Assembly (NCBI GenBank): GCA_016928815.1
Contig: JAFGJZ010000177.1
Coordinates: 987-64,986, forward strand
Length of the DNA stretch: 64,000 nt
DNA from: Spirochaetota bacterium
GTDB lineage: Bacteria; Spirochaetota; UBA4802; JAFGJZ01
Direction: 5' to 3'
Each line of letters starts with the position of its first letter. The first letter of the stretch is position 1. A program made the translations under genes and the position numbers. The notes beneath the pieces are model-generated. The model was not told where the DNA came from. It did not search any database and saw nothing but the letters and a program-made list of their open reading frames with translations. Positions 9,424 to 18,149 of this stretch are shown piece after piece.

Positions 9424-10029
9424 ATGATATTTCATATTAATGAACAGAATCCTCAAATGCGTCTTGTCGATAAATGCATAGAAATTCTTAAAAAAGACGG
9501 GATTATCATTTATCCGACTGATACGGTTTATGCTTTCGGCTGTGATATTGAAAGCAGGGCTGCAATCGAAAAACTATACAGAATAAAAAATATTGACAGA
9601 AATCAGCCCTTAAGTTTTATTTTTTCCGATATTTCACAGATTTCAGACTATACCAGGAATATTTCAAATAATGCTTTTAAAATAATGAAAAAGACCCTTC
9701 CAGGTCCATATACATATATTTTTCAGGCGTCGAAACTTGTTCCGAAAATTGTTTTAACCAAACAGAAGACTGTAGGTGTCCGCATACCGGATAATAATGT
9801 TGCTCAAGCCATAGTTAACCGGCTTGGCCGGCCTATACTTTCTTCAAGCCTGAATGAAAGCGGAGATGACTTCTCAATTGATCCGGAATCTCTTGAACTG
9901 AAATTGAGAAATATGGTTGATGTTGTCATAGATTCAGGTAAAAAAATTCAGGAATTATCAACTATAGTTGACTTTTCCTCAGGTGATCCTGTAATTATCA
10001 GATCAGGTCATGGAAAATTTGATTTCTAA
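9424..10029 (+). CDS. Sua5/YciO/YrdC family protein (threonylcarbamoyl-AMP synthase-like, YciO type)
   Basis: IYPTDTVYAFGC, LPGPYTYIF, VGVRIPD, STIVD motifs; no Sua5 C-terminal domain. Confidence 0.88.
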   Translation: MIFHINEQNPQMRLVDKCIEILKKDGIIIYPTDTVYAFGCDIESRAAIEKLYRIKNIDRNQPLSFIFSDISQISDYTRNISNNAFKIMKKTLPGPYTYIFQASKLVPKIVLTKQKTVGVRIPDNNVAQAIVNRLGRPILSSSLNESGDDFSIDPESLELKLRNMVDVVIDSGKKIQELSTIVDFSSGDPVIIRSGHGKFDF

Positions 10030-10052
10030 TGTATATTTAACTGGAGGACGTT

Positions 10053-10379
10053 ATGCTAGAAGCAGCAGAAGTTTTTTTTAAGAAAATGGTCCCTTTAATC
10101 TCTTTGGTTTTTCTCGGAGCATTCATGTCATGGATATACTATTATCTGAAAAAAAGAGACCTTTTCGGCGGATTTATCGGGGGCATGGTTGTCGGGGTAA
10201 TCGGAGCCATTGTAGGTGCATTTTTAATTGATAAGGTATATACTGATTATATTGCCGGTTTCCTGAATTTTCTTAATAACCTTGCCGGAATAAATATCAT
10301 GGCGGGTTTACTTGGTGCATTTCTAGCAGTTTTTATAATGAATAAATTAAACCATGACAAGGAAAGAAAAAAATATTAA
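10053..10379 (+). CDS. Small membrane protein, GlsB/YeaQ/YmgE-like
   Basis: RBS GGAGG; Gly-rich TM pattern GGMVVGVIGAIVGAFL and AGLLGAFLAVF. Confidence 0.7.
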   Translation: MLEAAEVFFKKMVPLISLVFLGAFMSWIYYYLKKRDLFGGFIGGMVVGVIGAIVGAFLIDKVYTDYIAGFLNFLNNLAGINIMAGLLGAFLAVFIMNKLNHDKERKKY

Positions 10380-10400
10380 AAAAATTTCCCGCCTGATTTT

Positions 10401-12047
10401 TCAGGAAAAATCAATTTTTTCCACAATCAGGCTTTTTATATTCGGGGAGATTTCTAGAAGTTCATCCTTGTTTTTCAGGGGTCTTTTGAGAATTATCTCG
10501 GAAGATCCTTTTTTGCTTATGCCTTCTATATATTGAAGTGCTTTGCCGGATATGCTGTTTATTTTCAGAGGCAGCGGCAGCGAGTTCAGGGATCTTTCCC
10601 GGTAGCCGGTTACAATCACGTCATTAAGTGATTTTAATTTCAAATCAGCCGGAATTTTATTTGTTATTGAATAGGATTGCAGCTGTTTTCCCATTGAATA
10701 TCCGTTGTGTACTTCCTCAATACGGACATCTTTAAGAACAGTACCTTCAGGATAAACTTTCTGCAGCATGTAATGATCAATTTCACTGCGTATTTTTTCT
10801 TTAAAATAGTCATAACGGTTTCTGGTTTTATCTGAAATTTTATATTTCATTTCAGCTATCGGAGTTCCGGGGAATTTAAGCAGCTTTCGGATGTTAATTC
10901 TTTTTAAAAGCAGCCCGCGGTTCTGAATTTCAAGCAGGGATTCATAATTAATCCTGAATGTATTTTCGGTTTCACCGTTCAGTCCGTGAATCAGGTTTAT
11001 TCCCGGCAAAAGTACAGGAATTCCGTCAATCCGTCTGCCGCCGCATGCATTAATAATTTCAACGGCTGTTATCATATTTTCCCGGCTGCCTTTAAGATTA
11101 TTCAGTCTGATAACTTCCGGGTCAAATGACTCAACTCCAAGAGGAAGTGTATCCCCCGGAGTGATTGAATCCGCAATGATGCTGAGAATTTCCGAACTCA
11201 GGTCAGGGAAATTGTAGATTGTCCCCGGATTTGCGTTATCAATGTTCAGTGTCCGGAGATTGAAACTGTCACGAAGATTTTTAAGTCCTGAGAAAAGTTC
11301 AGCCAGAGGAGAAATTTCCGGTTTAGGAAATCCGTTCCTGAATTCCTTCAGACCGGATTTGTAGCATAAAATATCAGGCTGGCTGCCGATTCTGAATCTT
11401 GATACTCCGCAGTCAATCAGGGATTGAACTTCGCTGATAATGTTTCCGGCTTCGCGGAATTCTATCCGGCTTTTAATGGATTCACTGCAGAATGAACAGT
11501 GAAACTGGCGCGGACATCCGCGGTATGATTCTATTTCACATATTATTAGAGGAAAATCAGGATGTTTTTTTACTACAGCTGCTCCGTAGACGGACCATTT
11601 TTTAATTTCATCATAGTTTCTGGCAGTGTCAGCAGGTGATCCCGCGGCGAATGTAAATGCAAATTTTTCAATATCATTAATTACCCTGATAATGTTTTCT
11701 CCGGAATTTTCGATTACATGACTTATAAGGCCCCCGACTGAGAACAGCTGGTTTTTATTACATGAAATCAGGCGGTTGATTTCAGCGGCGGTTCCGATTT
11801 TATATCCGAGGTATTTTCCGGGAACAACCGCACCTCCGATAATTATAACAAGTTTGTAGTCGCCGTTCAGTAGAAAATTATTTTCACGGAAATAATCTGC
11901 TGTAGCGTATTCAATGTCATCTTCATTGATACCGGCGTCCATCAGTGCGCCGTAAACATATCTTGGGTACGGTGACATGAACGGAGGAACACCGAGACAT
12001 GCAGGTTCATCAATAAAAAAATCCGCGATCAGATATTTATTTCTCAT
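10401..12047 (-). CDS. Radical SAM protein with TRAM-like and C-terminal helix-hairpin-helix domains (COG1031-like)
   Basis: N-terminal DEPACLGVPPFMSPYPRY; EIESYRGCPRQFHCSFC (CX5CX2C); GVESFDP; C-terminal INSISGKALQYIEGISKK HhH. Confidence 0.85.
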   Translation of the reverse strand: MRNKYLIADFFIDEPACLGVPPFMSPYPRYVYGALMDAGINEDDIEYATADYFRENNFLLNGDYKLVIIIGGAVVPGKYLGYKIGTAAEINRLISCNKNQLFSVGGLISHVIENSGENIIRVINDIEKFAFTFAAGSPADTARNYDEIKKWSVYGAAVVKKHPDFPLIICEIESYRGCPRQFHCSFCSESIKSRIEFREAGNIISEVQSLIDCGVSRFRIGSQPDILCYKSGLKEFRNGFPKPEISPLAELFSGLKNLRDSFNLRTLNIDNANPGTIYNFPDLSSEILSIIADSITPGDTLPLGVESFDPEVIRLNNLKGSRENMITAVEIINACGGRRIDGIPVLLPGINLIHGLNGETENTFRINYESLLEIQNRGLLLKRINIRKLLKFPGTPIAEMKYKISDKTRNRYDYFKEKIRSEIDHYMLQKVYPEGTVLKDVRIEEVHNGYSMGKQLQSYSITNKIPADLKLKSLNDVIVTGYRERSLNSLPLPLKINSISGKALQYIEGISKKGSSEIILKRPLKNKDELLEISPNIKSLIVEKIDFS

Positions 12048-12588
12048 TCAGCCTGAACAGATCAGGTTCGATGTCCCTGATCAGGTTTGATCTTATTTTG
12101 TTTTCAAGGGCCTCAAGACCGGAAATTCTGCTTTTAATCTGAATGCGGATATCTTCGGTTCTGCCGTATCTTTCAATGAGGTCGTCTATTCTTTCCCTTA
12201 TTGTAACTACTGTGCTGTGTTTAACGCGTTTGTCCGCATAATGGACAATTTCAGATGCAGTCAGCGGTAAATTGATATCTACAGAATTAAGATGTACGTG
12301 TGATAAAATAATTTCAGCCACTGCCGGATAGCCCATTTCGAGAAGCAGCTCCGCACCGGTGTCTGCATGGGATTCGCCTGTTCTGATAGCTCTGCTTTTC
12401 GTAATATCGTGAAGCAGAGCCGAGGTTTCAATCAGCTCAATGTCCAGATTGTCGCTGTTTTTAAGATTCCGGTATATGATTCTGCAGACATCTCTTACAA
12501 GAGCTGAATGCTCACGGATGCTCTGCATCATTTCCATTTTATCCATTAATTCATATGTTTCGGCGGTATCGGGATATGTATATTGCAT
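12037..12588 (-). CDS. HD-domain (HDIG-type) phosphohydrolase
   Basis: EHS...LLHDITK...H...SH...YADKRV; overlaps the radical SAM start. Confidence 0.85.
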   Translation of the reverse strand: MQYTYPDTAETYELMDKMEMMQSIREHSALVRDVCRIIYRNLKNSDNLDIELIETSALLHDITKSRAIRTGESHADTGAELLLEMGYPAVAEIILSHVHLNSVDINLPLTASEIVHYADKRVKHSTVVTIRERIDDLIERYGRTEDIRIQIKSRISGLEALENKIRSNLIRDIEPDLFRLNEK

Positions 12589-12589
12589 A

Positions 12590-13291
12590 TTAATAATCTC
12601 TAATTATAAAAGAACCGTAGTCTGTGATAGTATCATCAGAGAGATATTTTAATGCAAGACTATTTTTTTTAAAAAAACTGATAATCTTTTCACTGTCCGG
12701 ATGGTTTTCAAGCGTACCGCTGAGATATACGGTGTTTTTGGAAATACCGGAACATCCTCCGATAAAGCCGTATTTATAGCCCGGAAGATTTATATTTCCG
12801 CTGGAAATCAGCAGGGAATCTATTCCTGCCGAAACGGATGCTTCATAGATTCCTGTATCGGATGTAATAATGGAAACGCCTGTTCTCAAGGTTGAGCATC
12901 CGGTATAACCCTGATTTACATTGACAAGCGTTCTGCCGGTTTCTTTCATATAAGTAAGAATTTTTTCAGAAGTGCAGTTCAGTTTGTGAAAAAAGAAATT
13001 TCCGGAAGTCATGCAGTTGAAATTAATGTCCCGAGGATAATTTCCTGAAAGTATTTCATCACAGATAATGATGTTATAGAACTTTTCAGATTTATTTACA
13101 AAGCTTCTGTCGATGTTTCTATGACAGAACAGATTGTCATCTGCTGAAAATACCTGGATGTCGGGATGTCCGCTGACGGGAAATGCCACATCATTGCAGC
13201 GTGGAATTAAAACCGGATTTATTTCCAGTTCATTGAAACATCTGATAATTTTTTCAGTAACATCAGGATTGCAGATTACTGCTGAAGGCAT
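12590..13291 (-). CDS. DUF6873-like GME (pentein)-fold protein
   Basis: SGHPDIQ, YPRDINFN, VNQGYTGCS, ITSDTGI, LPGYKYGFIGGCSG, DYGS motifs. Confidence 0.75.
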   Translation of the reverse strand: MPSAVICNPDVTEKIIRCFNELEINPVLIPRCNDVAFPVSGHPDIQVFSADDNLFCHRNIDRSFVNKSEKFYNIIICDEILSGNYPRDINFNCMTSGNFFFHKLNCTSEKILTYMKETGRTLVNVNQGYTGCSTLRTGVSIITSDTGIYEASVSAGIDSLLISSGNINLPGYKYGFIGGCSGISKNTVYLSGTLENHPDSEKIISFFKKNSLALKYLSDDTITDYGSFIIRDY

Positions 13292-13882
13292 CTAATTTTT
13301 CAGAATATTCATTATATATTTAACAAGATCGGTATGATCCATGTTAATCGGATCAACAGTTTCGATGATACCGGAAAGCAGAACCAGAATCTGTGCAATT
13401 CTTGCCTTTACAACGGGGTCAAGATCGGTTTTTCTTCGTCGCGGTGAATTTTTGGATGATTCAATTATCATGTTTTCATATAATTCACGGTTATGTTTCA
13501 GAAATTTCTGGATGTGAACTGCGATTTGTCTGTCTTCAAACGAATATAGCAGCAGGTTAAGAAGAATTTTAACAGTCTGTGTGTCCATAAAAAATTTTTC
13601 AATTCCGAAAAGTGCCGAGAGGCTTGCTTTTTCATCCGATTCAAGGCTTTTATGCAGAACAGTTGAATGATCTTCCCGGATTTCATTGAACAGCGACTGA
13701 ATCAGTTCAATGTACATGTCCTCTTTTGACGAGAAATAGTGAAGAAGTCCGCCTTTGGAAAAGCCCGATTCGGTTGCGACATCCTGAACCGTAATATTGG
13801 AATAAACATCCTTTTCCAGGCATTTTTTTAATGCATCAAGAATTACTTTTTTCTTTTCCTTCATTTTGGCTTCTTTATCCAT
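13292..13882 (-). CDS. TetR/AcrR family transcriptional regulator
   Basis: HTH TVQDVATESGFSKGGLLHYFSSKEDM; start taken at MDKEAK (alternatives 13864, 13924). Confidence 0.88.
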   Translation of the reverse strand: MDKEAKMKEKKKVILDALKKCLEKDVYSNITVQDVATESGFSKGGLLHYFSSKEDMYIELIQSLFNEIREDHSTVLHKSLESDEKASLSALFGIEKFFMDTQTVKILLNLLLYSFEDRQIAVHIQKFLKHNRELYENMIIESSKNSPRRRKTDLDPVVKARIAQILVLLSGIIETVDPINMDHTDLVKYIMNILKN

Positions 13883-14066
13883 TACTGTTAACCCTGGCGA
13901 ATAATTCTTTATTAAAATATTCATTTATTTACTGAATATTTTATTTTTCGTCAAGGAAATAATGATAATGCATTTTTTATTATCAAATTCTTCAGTGAAA
14001 ATAAACTGCGGGATTATTAAAGAATTAAGTTTGATTTTCCGAACATTAACTGGTATAGGTATATGT

Positions 14067-16190
14067 ATGGCTAATTTAAACAGAAAAAACATAATTTGGA
14101 CTCTTTCGGTTTTATGTATTCTTGTGCTGAATTCATTTCCGGTTCACCCGAAATTTCTCGTTGATGAGGAGTTTTCAGAAAATAAAGCGGATGCTGCTGA
14201 AAAAAACGGCAGTGAAACTGATGAGTCGTTTTTTCCGGCAGATACAGCCAAAAACATACAGGTTCTGCCAGTACCCGATATAATTAATTCTGTTAAAATC
14301 ACATGGTCAATTAGCCCCGGCTCACATGACGTTTTTATTGTAGGGCGAACGACTGAAATACCTTCGAATGAAAATACCGCTCTTAGTGCATTATCCATAA
14401 AAGTAATTCAATCCGGGGAAATTACAGAAGTTATAGACAGAAATATTCCTGAGGGCAGGTATTATTACGTTATTCTGGCTAAAAATAAAATTGCTCAGAA
14501 AAAGATAGAATTATATCCGAATGATAATTACATAACCAATCCTGTCATAATTACCAAAAAAGTATCAGATGTTACTCTTCTCCCGAAGGTTGACAATATC
14601 AGGGCAACCGTAATAAAGGAGGGAAGTACAGCCGTTACTTGGACTCCGCTGAAACTGGAAAATGTCATATATACGGTATACAGAAGTACAGAGCCACTTT
14701 CTACACCGGAAAGCATTGATAAAGCAGCTAAAGCCGGAGTCGTAAAAGATACGGATTCGTTTTTCGATTCACAGATTGATAAGAGCGGGAAATACTACTA
14801 TGCCGTGACAACAAGTGATACGGTACGGAATGAAGACAAGCAGCTTCTTCCTGACCGCAGTTATACGACTGAAAGCGTAAATGTAAATGTGGAAAAAAGG
14901 ACAACTGTTGCTGATATAAAAATAATTGCTGCTGACAGCAAGGAAATACGTGTTGAATGGAGAGGAATTCCTAATTTTGACGGTGAATATTTCATCTACC
15001 GTAATGAATCCGTAATTGATTCACAGGAAAAACTTAACAAGTCCTATCTTGCCGGGAAAGTTGATCCGGTTCTTTCTTTCTATCTTGACATAAATCCTGT
15101 TCAGGGAGCCAATTATTATGCTGTAATTGCGAAAGATAAAAAGGGTATAATAAACAAGGAACTTATTGCTGATCAGAATTATAATTCGCAGCCGTATGAG
15201 CTTGGAACCATGATCAGAATAAAGAAAATACAGGCTAAAATTGAAGCAGATAATAAAATTCGCATCATCTGGCAGTATTCCGGAGACAGCGGAAACAGGC
15301 AGTACCGAATTTACCGTGCTGAAAAGATAACAGATGTTAAAAATGAAATTAAAAACTTTACACTGGTAGCGAATGTTGAGGTTTCACAGGGAAGTTATCT
15401 TGATACAATACCGTCTGAAGGTTACTTTCATTACTATCTGATGCCTCAGGATTTTGAGCTTAGGACTGATATCATTCCTGAGAGAGGAATTAACTTTACG
15501 GCAGATCCCGTATCATCGCCTGTTGTAAAATCAGATCCGTACCGGATGCGGTCTGTTACAGCCCGTAAGGAAAACGGCGGTGCCGTCATTGAATGGAAAT
15601 TTTCCGGCACTTCAGGAAGCAGCAGTTATTCAATTTACAGATCTGAAAAAATCATTTCGTCACTTAAGGTTCTTGAATCATCATATATGCTTGATGATGT
15701 CGATTTCACTGAAGGGACTTACAGGGATGAATCTGTTTCACCCGGTAAATATTACTATGCGGTGGTTCCTTCTGATTACAGGAAAATTTCCGGATTTAAA
15801 CTGGTAAAAGGCGTTAACTATACATCATCCCCTGTACTCGTTTCCGCGGATAAAACGGATGTTCCGGTCAAACCTGAGGATAAAAGCGGTCAGATAAACA
15901 GCAGGCCGAAGACCGAAATTTACATCCCTTCCGGACTGGATGATATTCTTAAAAGATATTTTTACCTGAACAGGTATGATGATTCAATAGTGTATCTTAA
16001 GCAATATGTTATAAATTCGTCCGATGAAAGGAATAAAGCAGTTGCTGAATTTTATCTTGGGCGCTGTTATGCGGCAAAAGGGAATTATCGGGAGGCTCTG
16101 AATTATTTCATGAAAAATAATGTAAAAGAGCATATGCCTGAAGATTCACAGTTCTGGCAGGATTATTGTCTGACCCGGATGGGCAGGTAG
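14067..16190 (+). CDS. Exported protein with five ~100-aa Fn3-like repeats and a C-terminal TPR-like region
   Basis: Signal peptide after MANLNRK; repeat consensus W...Y.IYR...D....G.YYYAV...NY...PV; C-terminal AEFYLGRCY..GNYREAL. Confidence 0.75.
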   Translation: MANLNRKNIIWTLSVLCILVLNSFPVHPKFLVDEEFSENKADAAEKNGSETDESFFPADTAKNIQVLPVPDIINSVKITWSISPGSHDVFIVGRTTEIPSNENTALSALSIKVIQSGEITEVIDRNIPEGRYYYVILAKNKIAQKKIELYPNDNYITNPVIITKKVSDVTLLPKVDNIRATVIKEGSTAVTWTPLKLENVIYTVYRSTEPLSTPESIDKAAKAGVVKDTDSFFDSQIDKSGKYYYAVTTSDTVRNEDKQLLPDRSYTTESVNVNVEKRTTVADIKIIAADSKEIRVEWRGIPNFDGEYFIYRNESVIDSQEKLNKSYLAGKVDPVLSFYLDINPVQGANYYAVIAKDKKGIINKELIADQNYNSQPYELGTMIRIKKIQAKIEADNKIRIIWQYSGDSGNRQYRIYRAEKITDVKNEIKNFTLVANVEVSQGSYLDTIPSEGYFHYYLMPQDFELRTDIIPERGINFTADPVSSPVVKSDPYRMRSVTARKENGGAVIEWKFSGTSGSSSYSIYRSEKIISSLKVLESSYMLDDVDFTEGTYRDESVSPGKYYYAVVPSDYRKISGFKLVKGVNYTSSPVLVSADKTDVPVKPEDKSGQINSRPKTEIYIPSGLDDILKRYFYLNRYDDSIVYLKQYVINSSDERNKAVAEFYLGRCYAAKGNYREALNYFMKNNVKEHMPEDSQFWQDYCLTRMGR

Positions 16191-16204
16191 GAAGAAGGTA
16201 ATTT

Positions 16205-17452
16205 ATGAAATATAAAAATATGATAATCGGAATTTTACTTATTCTATTAAGCTTTATTATGCTGGTATTCTATTTTCATGTATATAAACCTGAAAAGGAA
16301 GCACGTGCCATGTTTACTGAAGCTAAAATGATTTTTGAAAGAAATAATACGGAATCAATAAATAGATCCATAGATTTATTTACGAAAATAATTTCTGTAT
16401 ATCCTAAAAGCAAATATGTGCCGGCAGCTTATTTTTTTATCGCACGCGGCAATGATTTAACCGGACTGAATCAGCTGGCTTATACTCAATATACATATAT
16501 ACTTAAGAATCAGATGAAGAAGATTGATGATAAAACCAGAAATATAATTTTAACCAGAATCGCCCATCTGAAATTAATGAGAAATCAGAGTGATGAGGCG
16601 ATAAATGATTTACTGATGCTGCTAAAAGATACGGCCAACAGTGAATCAAAAAGCAGAATTTATGCTGAACTGGGGCAATCGTACTTTCATATCGGACAGT
16701 ATGAAAAGGCTATAGAATCATTTAATTATGCGCTTCTTGAGAACGGAAGAAATGAGGAGGCAATTTTAGGAAAAGCCAGAGTTCTCAAAAAAACCGGCCG
16801 TGATACCGAGACTTATGAAATTTACAGGGATTTTTTGACCTACTTCGGTAATGAATCACAATATACCGATGATGTTAAAAAAGCCTATAATAATCAGGCA
16901 TATTACAGCGGATTAAACAGTTACCGGAAGGGAAATTATCAGAGCGCAATCGCTTATTTTTCCTATGTAATCACTAAATTTCCTGATAATAAATTAAGCG
17001 AGAATGCAATTTACTGGACCGGTGAATGCTACTTCAGTATGAAAAATTACCAGAAGGCGGTCGAGTACTTCCAGAAAGGCATTGATAATACATTTCATCA
17101 CAAGGATGAGGACTGCAGAATTAAGAAAGGCTACTCCTATTTCATGATGAAGCGTTATGATCTTGCTGCACGTGAATTTCAGATTTATCTGGAACAGCAT
17201 CAGAACGGTAAATATACCGTAAAGGCAAAGACATGGAAAGACGCCGCTACAAGGGAACTGGAAGTCAGGTACAGGCTTGAAAATGAAGGAAATGACGTTT
17301 CACAGAACAGTGCCTCTGATTCTGAAGCTGACCGGGAATCTGCGTTTAAACAGGATGACCTGAATTTCGACAACAGTGAGGTAGGCGGGGTTGAATATGT
17401 TCTTCCCGGCAATAATCAGAAAGTATTTCTTGAAAGTATTACTGAAATATAG
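16205..17452 (+). CDS. Membrane-anchored TPR protein (CpoB/YbgF-like repeats)
   Basis: N-terminal TM helix; TPRs such as GNYQSAIAYFSYVITKFPDNKLSENAIYWTGECYF; acidic tail. Confidence 0.8.
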   Translation: MKYKNMIIGILLILLSFIMLVFYFHVYKPEKEARAMFTEAKMIFERNNTESINRSIDLFTKIISVYPKSKYVPAAYFFIARGNDLTGLNQLAYTQYTYILKNQMKKIDDKTRNIILTRIAHLKLMRNQSDEAINDLLMLLKDTANSESKSRIYAELGQSYFHIGQYEKAIESFNYALLENGRNEEAILGKARVLKKTGRDTETYEIYRDFLTYFGNESQYTDDVKKAYNNQAYYSGLNSYRKGNYQSAIAYFSYVITKFPDNKLSENAIYWTGECYFSMKNYQKAVEYFQKGIDNTFHHKDEDCRIKKGYSYFMMKRYDLAAREFQIYLEQHQNGKYTVKAKTWKDAATRELEVRYRLENEGNDVSQNSASDSEADRESAFKQDDLNFDNSEVGGVEYVLPGNNQKVFLESITEI

Positions 17453-18149
17453 CTGAAGTTTTGAAATTAAGAAACATTTCTTTCCAGCATTCTGCGGAAG
17501 GAGTGTCTTCAGCGGAGGAACTCAGAATCTCCAGGTATTTTTTTCTGGGAATATATTCAGCTCCGAGACTTTCAAGATGCGGTGAGTGTATCTGTGTATC
17601 TATTAATTTAAACCCGTATTTCCTGAAAACAAATGCCATTGATATTAAAGCGGCTTTTGATGCATTATCCTCAATAGAGAACATTGATTCGCCGGAAAAA
17701 ACCTTCCCGGTGGACACTCCATACAGCCCCCCGGCGAGGGTTCCGTTTCTGTAGACTTCAACACTGTGGGCGATTCCTTTTTCATGAAGGAGAGAATACA
17801 CATTTATCATTGATGTATTAATCCATGTCCCCCGCTGTTTTTTTCTCGGTTTTGAACATTGAATCATAACTTCGGTGAAATCCGTGTCTGTTCTGATTTC
17901 AAATATGTCATCTTTCAGAATTTTTTTCATTGATTTCGAAATTTTTATTTTTTCAGGATAAAGAACAAACCGCGGGTCAGGAGACCACCAGAGAACAGGT
18001 TCTTCATTGTACCAGGGGAAAATGCCCGCGCTGTAGGCTTCGATAAGCCTGTTGACGGTCAGATTTCCTCCTACGGCAAGAAGCCCGTCTTTGTCCGCAT
18101 GCCTGTGGGGAGGAAAAGGCTGATTGTCGTAAAATAAATAATTTATCAT
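17439..18149 (-). CDS. aat: Leucyl/phenylalanyl-tRNA--protein transferase
   Basis: GLLAVGG, GIFPW, WWSPDPR, HSVEV, GGLYGV, GESMFS, DTQ motifs. Confidence 0.96.
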   Translation of the reverse strand: MINYLFYDNQPFPPHRHADKDGLLAVGGNLTVNRLIEAYSAGIFPWYNEEPVLWWSPDPRFVLYPEKIKISKSMKKILKDDIFEIRTDTDFTEVMIQCSKPRKKQRGTWINTSMINVYSLLHEKGIAHSVEVYRNGTLAGGLYGVSTGKVFSGESMFSIEDNASKAALISMAFVFRKYGFKLIDTQIHSPHLESLGAEYIPRKKYLEILSSSAEDTPSAECWKEMFLNFKTSAIFQ

